A DNA stretch of 63,983 bases, the filler included, from Gonapodya sp. JEL0774 (Eukaryota), in NCBI GenBank assembly GCA_027604505.1. It is 11 parts of 11 records of this genome, joined end to end, with 100 filler letters (N's around TTAATTAATTAA, not from the genome) between each part and the next. Parts side by side here need not be neighbours in the genome. Positions count along the whole stretch, not along the records: positions 11,766 to 17,538 come from JADIIX010000674.1; positions 17,639 to 23,393 come from JADIIX010000675.1; positions 23,494 to 29,246 come from JADIIX010000676.1; 8 more parts are not named here. One strand, given 5' to 3'. The position numbers and the translations under genes are program-made. Shown here piece after piece: positions 12,838 through 25,313 of this stretch (position 1 is its first letter; the number at the start of each line of letters is the position of its first letter). Below the pieces are notes generated by a model. That model did not search any database. It saw only the letters and a list, made by a program, of their open reading frames with translations, and had not been told where the DNA came from.

Positions 12838-14150
12838 ATGTCTGCCTACCCATCTGTCGTTCTCTCCAAAAAGTCCGGTGCCGTGTTCCAAGCCAACCCG
12901 CAGAAGCCGTATCCTCCTGCGCCGGGTCCCGACGAGGTCCTGATTCGGAACGTCGCGGTGGCAAGCAACCCCAAAGACTGGAAACTTTCCAAGGTCGGAG
13001 TCTTTGAGGGCATCGAGGGCAATGATGTCGCCGGATATGTCGAGGCCGTGGGGAAGAATGTGACGGAATTCAAGAGGGGTGACAGGGTCGGTATCATGTA
13101 CCATCGATGGTTTTACATGTTGCCAGGTTTGACTGCCATTCACTACTTAAGGTCGGAGCATTCACTAAAATGGCCACCTCCAACGCATATGGGGCATACC
13201 AAACCCACTCCCTGTCGCCTTCCTGGACCGTGTTTCCTCTCGGCTCCCACACATCGTTCGAAGACGCCGCGACTTTGCCTCTCGCAGTGATGACCGCCGC
13301 TATCGGACTGTTTGTTAAACTCGGGCTCCACGAACCGTTGCCGGACGGTTCACCAAATCCAAAGGCGAAGGGACAAGGTGTATTGGTATGGGGTGCCTCG
13401 AGCAGTGTGGGTGCATTTGCTGTACAGCTGGCCAAGAAAGCTGGGTACTACGTGTGAGTGTGATTACGCTTTGAAATCGTAATGGACCGCGGGTTCTTGT
13501 GTACTCATCGGAACAACTCATCTGGTGCCTCGACTATGACTTATAGGATCGGTATCGCCGGAGCTGGTGCACCTCTGGCCTACTCCCTTGGATGCTCTGC
13601 GGTAGTTGACTATCGCAGTGGCCCGGTGGTCCCCAAGATCCAGGCAGCCATATCCGCTTCTGGCGTCAAATTCACAACCGCCTACGACGCTCATTCCGCG
13701 GCTTCGGGCTCTTCATCATCGTACGCCGATCTCGCCGAAGCTCTCCAGCCAGGTGGTGGCAAGGTCACGGTTGTGCTTGGAGTACCCAAGTCTGCTTCAG
13801 CGAAGGTTCCAAAAAATGTCCAAATTGTGAACACGCAGGTTGGATCCGCGCATGTTCTGTCCGCAAAGGGAGACGGAGAGTTCGCCCGACGATGGTTCAG
13901 GCAGATTGCACAATGGCTGGATGAGGGCAAGTTCAAAGCGAACGTCGTGAAAGTCATCCCTGGCGGTTTGGCGGGTGTGAAGGAGGGGCTCAAGCTCATG
14001 GAGGAAGGAAAAGTCAGCGGGGAGAAGCTCGTTTGTAAGTACATTCTGACGGTTGTTGAGCAGTCACTCTTCATCAGTCTCACCCCGAATGCTCACTTCC
14101 GTGCTTCGGTTATAGACCGCATCGACGAAACCCCGAAAGGAAAGCTGTGA
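12838..14150 (+). CDS. Enoyl-reductase-like (ToxD/YNL134C-type) MDR oxidoreductase, copy 2, complete, 3 introns
   Basis: PGPDEVLIRNVAVASNPKDWK, GNDVAGYVEAVGKNVTEFKRGDRV, SFEDAATLPLA, VLVWGASSSVGAFAVQLAK, GKVSGEKLV. Confidence 0.9.
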
Positions 14151-14537
14151 AATTCATCGCGGAAGTTTAGTAATCAATGCATGTAGCCGCGGACGTGCTT
14201 TTTGAATATCATCTGTGTCGCATAGTTGTGCGTGGGTTGCAAACATGACGTCAGTTGACGAACAAGGACATTCTTGCGGATATGACTTCTAGAAGAAGCA
14301 ATGCGAACGAGTCCATCACGCCACAAGCATCATATATGCCTTGACCTTGTATTATGGTCAAGTTTGTTTGACGTGTTCAGAGAAATGAAATGATCATGGC
14401 TGTGGTGAGGAGTTGAGCCTCCATACAGTAGGTGGGCGGGTGGGCACGTTCTTCACCCACGTCACCCTCCAAAGAAATCTACGTCGAGCCCACCTCTCTG
14501 GTCTCTTGGGTCTCATATTCCAGAGTTTTCCCTGTCC

Positions 14538-17500
14538 ATGGACTCTCTCGTCTCGCTCTCCGCCAGAGCTGGTTCCGGAGAGCTCAACCCTCTTCTCCCG
14601 TGAGTGCTCCACTTTTGCGTATTCGTCATACAAGCTCTGTCAATAGAATGGGCCAACGATGTCGCCCGTCCCAGTAACCTTTCCATCGGATATGTGATCC
14701 GTGAGTCTCCCTGGTGTTCTTTTATCGTTTCAGGATGGATTCACTCTATATCCCCGCATAGCCTTCGTTGGCCAGCTTCTGTCCATCGCCCTTGGTCCAC
14801 TAATCAACGCGCATTTCTGGGAGCATTGGTATCCTGTTTTTTCTGCTCTATGGGCCCTGTCTTTCGTGAGTGTGGTTACTGTCCAATTCGGTCTGATGTG
14901 ACAATATTGAAGGAATTGATTATAAACTCCGAAAATGATGTCTTGTGAAATTTATAAATACGTTCGTTCCTGTTTGACATACAGTTCATCCCTTTTGCAG
15001 CCCAATGTGAGTAGACTTAATTCTCGCCTTGATCCACCGAAGTCGTGGTTTCAGACAACCCGCGCAGTACATGGAAAGGGTCACTGACGACAGTTTGAGC
15101 ACTTTTCAGATGGCATTCTCTTCGCACTCTGGGAAGTTCTCCACGCGTGAGTGAAGAGTTGCAGGATGACCGTGACTCATCAAGCACGATGCACGTGCTC
15201 AACCCCCCCCGCCCCGACAACCCCTCCCGCACCCCCCGCACCCCCCATTCACAGCCTCATCGCCGACTACATACCGTTCATCATGCTCATCACATCACTC
15301 TACACCGCCGCTGGCGGCCTCGTCGTCCGGGGCGCTCTCTCGGGACAACCCGGTGTCAACGCGGTCCTTCTGTTCACTGGGACAATTTTGGCTAGTGTCT
15401 TTGGTACCACTGGAGCGAGTATGGTGGTGAGTTTTCATTTACAGGGGTGAACCAGATGGAAACACCAGATGGACCCCGTGTAATTTTTTACGAGGAGCCA
15501 AGATTGTCTCGTGCTCGGCTCTGGTGTGGTCCGAGAGCCACAGGGACTCGTAAGGGAATGAAGTCACGACCCGTCAATAATATCTTCCATCGTTAGATGA
15601 TTCGCCCCATTCTCCGTTCTATTGCACATCGGAAGTATCGGGTACACACCGTTGTGTTTTTCATATTCCTAGTCTCAAATATTGGAGGTTGCCTCACACC
15701 CAGTACGTTGTGTCCCACAAATTCGTTTCACGTACACATCAAATCGATGCTAACAATATTCCATCAGTTGGAGATCCTCCAGTCTTCCTCGGTTTCCTTC
15801 GAGGTGTCGACTTCTTTTGGCCCCTCATAAACACCATTTTTCCGTTCCTCTTCACCGGGGGAGTCGTTCTCATTACATACTTTTGCATCGATGTGTACTT
15901 GTGGAGGCGGGAAAGGCGCCAAATGATGGCAGAATCGGGAGACATGGAAGGCGGCGAAATGGAGCATAGAGCGAAGAAAGATGAGAAAACGATGGTGCGT
16001 GACTTAGTCGATCCAATCACTTGAATGACCCTGAGTAGGTTACAAAAACAACAGATCGCAGGTGTGGGGACCTCCAGCATAGCCAAGGCTAGAACTGTCA
16101 ATGGAGAAGTGGTCGACGAGGGGCAACTTGCTAAGGGCACACCTTCGGAGGCGAAGGTGAGTAGAGGGTGAAATTCACGTCTCATTCCCATAATCTCTAT
16201 TTCCAAATCGATATATTTCTCAGAGTCCTGTCCTCCCCACATCACCACCACCAACCTCCGAGGCAGATTCCCTCGGAAATGGAGTGGCGATGAATTCGGT
16301 CCCGACCACTCTCACCGAATGGCCAACATTGGTTTCCAACGACTCGTCAGATGGCCCGTTGTTGCACAATTCACCGGCAGGCGCCAACGGCGGTGCCGGC
16401 GATGCACATGATCAAAACAATTTGGTGCGTCTCGTTTCGAGTGTATGGTGGTGCGCTCTCATCAGAAGTACAAATCACACCGGGTAACTGTACAGACAAA
16501 TCGTATCGCACACGCGTTGGAGGAAGAGATACACGACATTGCACACGTTTTGGAAGAAGAACTCGTCGTAATAGAAGAGGAAGTGAAGCAGATTGAGGCG
16601 GTGCGTACACGTGTGCTTAGACGATGCTTCGTCATACGCACTCCGAAAGTTCAACGCATTTATGCTATCGCTCCTTCTTGCCTACCGCCCATCGAACTTT
16701 ATCTGAAAATCATGCGCGGCAGCTCAGAGTTGCGGGATTGTTCAACTTTGCACTTTTGCTCGTGATCATTGCGGCAGTGGTTGCATCAGGTGGGTACCTG
16801 TCTTAGCACCTCTTCCTGGATGAAAGAAGCCATACTTTGCTACATGACTAGGTTATATTAAAAAGGCTTTCCCTGATGCTTATTTCACTGTCTGGGTCAA
16901 TCCCAACGATGGGGAAATCATGTACGTCAAGCCGTCTACACATGCACATTCGAAGGCTGGATCATAATAAGCTGATCCGTCATACTTTGTGTTCAGCCAA
17001 TGGTACTACTGCGATTTGTCCCGTGATTTGATATTGGTGGCGGTGACCCTCAGCGCATGGAGATTTACGTCGAAAGTTCGATTCGCTGAGAATGTCAGTC
17101 GAACAGGGAGCGGGAGAGCCGTGTTCACGGATATACCGTCATTTCCGCCTGTCCTGTCCTAACATGCGGATCTGTTGTTTTGTTTCACAGAACTTCACGT
17201 GGAACCCTATCCGAGAAGTCGGTGAGTGAGCGGCAATGTCCTATGAAACGGGCTCAACCTCTCTGGCTTACCGCGGTCGCGGTCACCACTCTAGCTATCG
17301 TCTTCCTTGGAATTTTTCTCACCTTGATCCCCATTCTCATCATTTTCGAACTCGGCGAGGCTGGCTCGCTCGGTTGGCTCGTGAAGCTTGTACGCCAGCC
17401 ATGGCATTTCTTTTGGGCGACCGGGTTGTTATCAAGCTTTCTTGACAACGCCCCCACATACGCATTGTTCTTTGGCGAAGCGGGAGGTGATCCAGTGTAT

Positions 17501-17538
17501 CTGATGAACCAGGGCAAGTACATTTTGGCGGCGATCAA
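14538..17538 (+). CDS. CitMHS_2-family (IT superfamily) putative Na+/H+ antiporter or carboxylate transporter, multi-exon, 3'-truncated; start uncertain
   Basis: Exons FVGQLLSIALGPLINAHFWEHW, DYIPFIMLITSLYTAAGG..ILASVFGTTGASM, IRPILRS..HTVVFFIFLVSNIGGCLTP/GDPPVFLGFLRGVDFFW, NFTWNPIREV and FFWATGLLSSFLDNAPTY. Confidence 0.8.
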
Positions 17539-17638
17539 NNNNNNNNNNNNNNNNNNNNNNNNNNNNNNNNNNNNNNNNNNNNTTAATTAATTAANNNNNN
17601 NNNNNNNNNNNNNNNNNNNNNNNNNNNNNNNNNNNNNN
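17539..17638. other. Artificial scaffold spacer
   Basis: N44-TTAATTAATTAA-N44. Confidence 0.98.
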
Positions 17639-19313
17639 CCCCCCCCCCCCCCGCCCCCCCCCCCAAACCGCACTAACCCATACCTATATAACAGCACAAA
17701 AGGATCTCCCCGAATCCCGACCTGCCGATCCCAGTGGGAACTGCGACCTCCTTTCCTCTGCGCGGAAGAACATCGCCGTTCCATCATATTATTCAGGCCC
17801 ATCAACTTACAGAGTACTTGGTACGACGGCCGAGATCGGGTGACGCGCGCGGGTCGAACCCATCGGCCAGCGTGGTATGCGCAGTGAACAGTATCTCCGC
17901 AACTCACTGTTTTCGAGTCACCCATTTCAACATTTCAACCTCCACACTTCTGGTTTCATGCTCAGAGTGGTGGTCAGGTGGGTGAAGTGGTGGTCGGTGG
18001 GCGCTGGCTGTGGGTGTGTTTCGCCGGGGTGGGTGGGGGACGGGACCAAGGGATGAGTGTGGTAGGAGACGGGACGTCGGGTGGTGGTGGGGGACAAGCA
18101 GACAAGTGAGATGTGAAAAGTGAGATGGAGAGCGAGACATTTGAGCAAAGGCACGGAGATGAGCGGCAGGCAAGGTCCATCCTGTCTCGTTCGTGGGTGG
18201 TCCCCTCACCGGTCACCGACGCACACCAGTCCGCCCCGTCCCGAGCCGCCGTACCGCCCCGTAACCCCATTCCCTCTTTCAGTTCCTGGTGAACATAATC
18301 TGTCAACACGGGCCCCGCCGCCACGTCAACTTCAGGTACGACACACCAAAGGTGGGACCGTCCGTCGGGGCAGGCGGGGTTTCACGATGTGGGTCTTCCC
18401 TAAAGGGAGACGTATACTTATTTGGGTGTGCATCATTGAGGGGTGAGGTGGCGGGGGGTGTAGAATGTGATGGGGTGGTCGGGTGGAGTGTGTGGTGCGG
18501 GGGGAGAAGGAAGGGGCAGGGGTCGTGGGGAGTGCGAGGGAGGTAGTGAAACTCACCATGAGGGGGATTGACAGACTGGGAAGGAAACGTGGAGTGAGGT
18601 CAGGTGGATTTGAGTTTTTCGTTCAGGGGAGTGGGGCGGCGTATGGAGGAGGTGCAGATGGAGGACGGTTGAGTAAGGGGGAGGGACAAAAGGACAGCAC
18701 AAATCAGTATACGAGGATGGAACTCAGGGACAACCGCATTGGGGATCTTCTCCACCCGCCGCCGTCGTCACGGAGAAACAGACGAGGCAAGACTGGGGAA
18801 AGGTGTGGGCGACTCAGTCGAATGAGACTCAACATGACCGTGACTCAAGCACGTGTCAGGTAATACATGCTATAAAGAATAAAAAAACATCATTGAAGCC
18901 CGGGAGAGTCGGGGAGTGGGGAAGTGGGGTGGGGATGGGACGGGCAGTGGGGGAAGGCAACAGGAACGAGTTTGATGATGAGATACCCACGGATCAGAGT
19001 GATGTCATGTGTGGAGTGTTGGTGCGTGGAATGGGATTCGGGTGCAGGGCGATGACGTCACTGCAGTTGATTTCGGGGGTGTGGAATCAGGTGGAATCTT
19101 TGTCTTGTTGTTGTTGGGGTGGGGAGGGGAGAGAAGAGCGCGACCACAGTACGCATACGCACGGTCCACCTCCCTTCCCCCACTGGAATCAGTTTCCATA
19201 CGGGATATTTTATTGACTCTCACGTTATACCTGATGTAATTCATTACATAATTATTTTACCACAACTCATTCACTCCACCACTCACCCACACCTACACCT
19301 GCACCCACCAACC

Positions 19314-21552
19314 TCACTCCAAATTCCCCCACTCCACCGCACCCCTCCCACGCTCGATCAAGAACTTGTTGGCTTTGGAGAAATGCCCGTTCCCCAGGAA
19401 CCCTCGGTGCGCAGACAGGGGGGACGGGTGCGCCGACGTGAGGACCAGGTTGCGGGACTGTGGCCGGTAACGAAGGTGGAGCAGAAGCGAGACGGGAGGG
19501 TTAGTTGAGCGAGAATAGGGTGGCAGCCGTTGGATTCAGGGCCAAGGGGTGGGTGTGTGCACCGTGAAAATGCAGTTGGTTCGAGAACGGAGGTCCCTAA
19601 CACCCCCCAACCCCCCACCCCCCCCCGTCTGCTCCTCACCTTATCCACCTTCCCCGCGACCTTCTCCGCCCCCTTCCCCCACAGCATAAACACCACACCG
19701 GCCTTGCACCGCTCGTTCACCGCGCGTATGGCAGCGTCGGTGAACTGGGTCCATCCTAGACTAGCGTGAGAGTTGGGTTGCGCTTGGCGGACGGTGAGGA
19801 CCGTGTTGAGGAGGAGGACGCCTGGGGGGCGGGGGATGGGGGGGGAGGAAGGAGGAGCAGGGGTGACGGTGGGCGCAGGATGCGGGGAATGGGGTTGGTG
19901 CGCGGGAGCCGTGAGCAATCGACCCTGCGTGCGTGCATGAATGGTGCATGTCCCCCTCCACACCCTCCCGCGACCCACCCTGCCCGGCCCACCCCTCGAG
20001 ACACCCATGTGCCGGCCTCTTGAACCCCTCCCCTCCCTTCATGGTCCCGGCGAGGTCCGGGTCCTGTTCCAGCTCCTTGTACATGTTGGCCAGCGAGGGG
20101 GGAACCGCAACCCCGCGGCGGACAGAGAAGGAAAAACCGTGGGCTTGGTGGGGGCCGTGGTAGGGGTCTGGGGTGGGGGGTGGTGGTAGGGGGTGGTCGG
20201 ATGGCATAAGCGACACGCTAAGGGGGGGCCGCCACTCGGCACCGGCACAGCGCACTCGCCTTGCCCCAGTATGACCACCTTGACGTTCTTGATCGGGACC
20301 CGTGACCACGCGTACACGTCGGGTTGGGGAGGGTAGATCGGGGTGGAGCCCGAGAGTTCGGCGGCTAGGGAGAGTTTAAGCTGGGATATGTGAAGGGGGG
20401 CCGGGGGAAGTCGGAAAGTGGAATGGGAATGTGAGAATGTGGGTTGGTGGGGTGAAGCGCGTGAGTGAATGTGGAGAAAAGGACACAAGTGGTCAATTTG
20501 GACCGGCCGATGTTGCAGTGAAACGCGTATAGACCCGGCCCGGGACACGTGATGCCGGTCGTGCATCGCGGACAGTGGGTACTGGTGGGTGGTGGGGAGG
20601 TCGAGGTCCGTCCAGTGCAGGTGGACCATACACCCTAACCGACCCAACCAAACCAACCCCACCGACCCAGTGCAGTGTTATGTCCCCCCCCCCCCACCCC
20701 GGCCCCCGGCCTCCGCACTCGCACGGTGCACGTCAAACGCCCCTGCGTCCGCTCACCCCTCCGCCATCGAGCATGTCTGACGTTGTCTCCACCACCACCC
20801 TCAACCCCCACACGAAACCCCATCCCACAGACCTTTTTGAAATACGGTTTCCTCATCTCGGGCAATAGTGCGTCGAACCAGTCGGTGCCCATGGTGGTGA
20901 TTTCGAGGTTGAGGAGGGAGGAGAGGTCGGAGCCCAGCTTGGCGAGGAGGAGGGAGTCGCGGGTGGGGGCGGCTGGGGAGGGGTGGAGGGGTACGGGTGG
21001 AGGGGGAGGGGGATGGATGGAAAAGGAGCGAGACGGGATTGATATGTTGTCCATGTTCCACCCACTCGACAGTAATCGGTCCCCACCCCTTCTTCGCCCC
21101 CCAAGGTAGGCCGGCCCCCGCCCCCCCCCCCCCCCGCGCCGGCGCGGGGGGCGGGGGGGCCGGGGGGCGGGCGGGGGGGCGCGGGCGGCGCCGNNNNNNN
21201 NNNCCCCCCCCCACCCCTCGGCCTGGCGAGCGCATCACCACTCACCCGATGCCGCATCACCACCACCCGCTCCATCCACATCCCCACCTCCGGATCCGCC
21301 CTTGCCACCCTCCCCTTCCCCATCCCCATCCTTCTCGTCGGAATCGTCGCCCCGTTTCCGCCTCTTGACACTCTCGTTCCCCACGCCCGCACCCGACCCA
21401 TCCCCATCCGCCGGGATTGCGATGGAATCAACTGCGGATGCAGCACCCGCACCCGCACCGATACCAGCCTCCACCACGGGGTCGGACTCGCCCCCGTCGT
21501 CACGACTTCGCTTGGTGGTCTTGCGGGCAGTACGCGTCACGAATTTGTCCAT
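19314..21552 (-). CDS. UNG1: Uracil-DNA glycosylase (family 1), multi-exon
   Basis: [110 protein letters not shown]. An N10 gap lies in an intron at 21194-21203. Confidence 0.93.
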
Positions 21553-23058
21553 TTGTTTTATCGTGTGTGGAGGGCGGTGGTGTGTGTGTGTGGGTGGGGT
21601 GGGTGCAGGGTGGAAATGCGAAGCTCCGGGTGGCCAGGCCTCGGGTGGTGGACTGTGCGTCATGCGCTGACTTATCAGCAAAACACAGAGGAGACTTTCA
21701 CCTCACCAAATGCGATCTTCCGCCTGTGCGATTTAATGTGGGCGGGAAGAATGAGGGGATTCAGGATTGTGTCGGCCACGCATGTCGCCAGTGTCAGCTC
21801 AGTGCCCCCCCTGAAAACGCAAGTGCGCAACCCATTACTTGAATACCCCGTTCTAGCGATGGAATCCAAGCGAGAATATGATTGTATCAGAAACGAGGCG
21901 TTCTTGGGCCAAGACTACAGGTGAAAGGAGTCAGGACTTTTGCAAGTACGCTGTCTGGGTGGTGTCACTGGCCCTAGTGGCCCAGAGCAATGGGTCATAT
22001 CAGGACCAAGCGAAGGGAACATTGCGTGAAGCATATTCACTGTGATGTGATTCAACTGATGGCGAAGTGAACCGTGCACATTTGGTTTGGCCGCACCAGT
22101 GAGACACCGAACGATCTCCGAGAGCTCGGCCCCGCAGCGACGCACAACATGTATTTCACTTTATTTTGATCGACAAAGTAACGAGTCCATTCTCGGGCTT
22201 GAATCGGATTCGAGCTGCTCTCTGAGTTCATTGTTGCACGACCCGGCCGATGGCAGATGAAATCAAAGCAGGGCGACATGAATAATTGATTCTAGTCTGT
22301 GTGAGCACCAGGGTAACCAGAGCCCCCGCAAAAACACAGGGGTGGAGAAGGGGGTGTGGGCGGTACTGCTGCGTCACCTCGAAGGAGGCAGAAAACCGGG
22401 ACAGCTCAACGACGTTGCAGGCTCACCTGTACTCGTGGGTGACTCTCCCTTCTTTCAAAGGAGGCGACCCTCGACCCCTGGCCCCGAACGACGAGGAACG
22501 TTTGGTGCGGGCACGAATCGGTTGAGGAAGCCACGAATCTGCGACGAGATAGACGTGAGCGCACACGATACGCCAGGACTAGTTTGAGTTGCGTTGGTTG
22601 TCCTATACGCGCGAGACGCTGGTATCCCGGAGGCAGGGCATGGTGAGGGATGTTGCGCGAGTTCGCTCTTTCAATGTGGGAGGCGCAGGGCGCAAATAAG
22701 AGCGGTGGTGGAGGGGGTGTAGGCGGGAGGGCACTCCTTGACCGGAAAGTAGTGTGAATACTTCGGTGTTGGGGAGCACCAGAATTGGTGTTCGACCGTG
22801 TCTTCATTTCGCCTTTTCATTATTGGGCTCGCACCGACAATCATATATCCAGCAAAACCTCTAATATACAATCTTCTTCTCCTCGATACCGAGCTTGGCG
22901 AGTGATGAGCGTTTTGCGGTGACGAAATCGGGTGAGCTGCAGGCGATGGAAGCCGTACGGCCACATCGAGGCACGGACAAGTGAAGGGATACGAGACAAG
23001 CAAGGTGGTGAGTACACAAATGTACCACGAACAGGTCTGACAGGTCTCTTTCATTTAC

Positions 23059-23393
23059 TCACCCGGTCAGAATCACCACGTCCGGAGACCCGCCCACCCG
23101 GTTGATAATCTCCGTCAGCACCTCCCTCACCGGATCCCACCGCCACCCACGATTCCGCCACTGTGTCTGCTCGAGTTCCGTGCCAGGCGGTGTCTGCAAC
23201 ACGTTGACCACCTGTGCCGACCCTGATGACTCGCGGACAAGCTGGTGGAGGACTTCCTCGGCGAACACGTCGTGCACCGAGGACTGGTAGTTGAGGGCGA
23301 CGAGGCGGTACGCGGATGGGGACACTTTGGCGGTGTAGTAGCGGAGCATCTGGAGGATGGTGGTCACGGCGGTGGATTTCGCGACCATGAGGA
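23059..23393 (-). CDS. Exon with a degenerate FNR/cytochrome-b5-reductase-type NAD-binding domain, partial gene
   Basis: LMVAKSTAVTTILQMLR resembles MIAGGTGITPMLQ, followed by LVALNYQSSVHDVFAEEVL and ..VVILTG. The exon ends at a GTGAGT donor. Confidence 0.4.
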
Positions 23394-23493
23394 NNNNNNN
23401 NNNNNNNNNNNNNNNNNNNNNNNNNNNNNNNNNNNNNTTAATTAATTAANNNNNNNNNNNNNNNNNNNNNNNNNNNNNNNNNNNNNNNNNNNN
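23394..23493. other. Artificial scaffold spacer
   Basis: N44-TTAATTAATTAA-N44. Confidence 0.98.
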
Positions 23494-23895
23494 TGCTATT
23501 TGTGGGGTGGCAGTAAGAAATCATACAAGGAATTTTTCCATCCAACCACAGAATCAAATGCAGTCTATGCAGATGACAGATTTGGTGCAGGAGAGGACCA
23601 CCAGAATATGTATAACATATTTCCAGATGAAGAGTCAGAAGTTCATCTTCAGGGGGAGCAAACATTGTAACAAGTTTGGTTTCAGGGGGAGCAGCAAACA
23701 AACAGACTGGAGTCTTTTGTTTGAGGGGGAGTGTCAAGTTTGGATGTTCTCAGGATTGTAAAGGGCCTGTACGGCAGTGGTTTTTTGTAATAATCGATTA
23801 TGGGGAGGTCCCAATCAATTATTGGGGAAAAGTGATTTTTCGGGTGACTTTTTGGCCGAACACCATCGAACTTCATTTGAAACACAGTACACGCG

Positions 23896-25243
23896 ATGGA
23901 TCTCGGAATCCCCGCGTGCAATGGCGACGTCATGATCATAAGTGACGACGAGGAACGTCTTGCCATGATGGCGGCGGTTTGGTGTGTGATTGCCGCTGTC
24001 GCCACCATTGTCACGGCGCAAAGACGCAATTTTCGAGCGATTCCGCGCCCGATGACCAACTCCGTTCTTCAGGGGAGCGCCTCACGTACGAGATTCTGAA
24101 CGGACACAAGGAGATGGCCTTGGACAATGTTCGGATGCCAGTTCGCGTGTTCAGGTCGTTGGTAGCAGAAACTCAGACACGTCGGCTGCTCCTGGACACC
24201 TGCGAGATGAGCATTGACCAACAGCTTGCGATGCTCATGTTCTACCTTGGTCATGGTGTCTCTATGCGTGCTGTTCGGTCACACTTCCAGCACTCGCTCT
24301 CAACTGTCACCTGTTACATTCGGGCGGCAATTTCCGCGCTATGTGCTCTTGCTAATGATTACATCGTTCAACCCAATGAAAATACTCCTATATCAACCCG
24401 GATTACGGCTAATGGACGTTTCTGGCTGTACTTTGACGGTTGTATGGGTGCAATTGATGGCACACACATTCGAGCGTTCCGCCCAGCTGGGGATGCACAG
24501 GTTGCGTATATGAATCACAAGGGATTCCTCTTGCAGAATGTGTTGGTGGCAGTGGATTTTGATGGACGGTTTACATATGTGTACGCAGGATATGAGGGAT
24601 CTGCGCAGGATGGGACTGTCCTGGGAGACACCCTGTACAGGGGTGGATTTCAGGAGCCTGAAGGGCGATGGTACCTTGCTGATGCTGGATACGAACACAA
24701 TATGGACTTCAGGACTCCTTACAAGAATGGAGTGCGATACCACCTAAAGGAGTGGGCTGAGCATGGGAAGAGGTGGGTGTTTCTGCATGTCAAAAGTTTT
24801 GAAATTACTCCTTCAACCTTTTTTCTGGATTAACACTGGTAGACCTGAAACACCCTTCGAAATTTACAACTTGCGGCACTCTTCACTGAGGAATGCCGTC
24901 GAAAGGGCGATCGGGGTCGCCAAGATGAGAACCCCCAGCCCTGGCACATGGCACAAATTTTCTGGACTCCTGTATTGAGGTCCAGGTGGTTGTGGCGTGT
25001 ATTGTGTTACACAATTTTATCCACCATCATACATTTGGAGCAGGTGACGACATTGCTGCTGAATTTGCTAACCGAAACCCATACCCAGTTGAAGTAGATG
25101 TTGTCCCTACTTCTGCAAGAAGGCCGCCACATATGGATCCCGCTATTGTGTGGAGGGAACATACCGCACAGAAGATGTGGGACGATTACGTAGAGATCCG
25201 GCAGGAGCGGGGATATCGCACACCACCAGTAATTGACACTTAG
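23896..25243 (+). pseudogene. Harbinger/PIF DDE transposase with two frameshifts
   Basis: GAIDGTHI, QNVLVAVDFDGRFTYVYAGYEGSAQD, YLADAGY, YNLRHSSLRNAVERAIG, ACIVLHNFI. Intron at about 24773-24842. Frameshifts at a G run (about 24072) and a C run (about 24932). Confidence 0.88.
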
Positions 25244-25313
25244 AGGACATTTTGGATTTTATACACATGTTATTTGATTGTAATGCTATTTGATGAGTCA
25301 CATGACATTCCCG

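Noticed and set aside
17700..18900. Possible spliced gene downstream of UNG1
   Set aside because: Splice-like signals exist, but I could not assemble a consistent open frame on either strand.
21107..21215. Gly/Pro/Arg-rich ORFs and a GC palindrome
   Set aside because: Near-pure G/C sequence flanking an N10 gap; probably low-quality base calls inside an intron.
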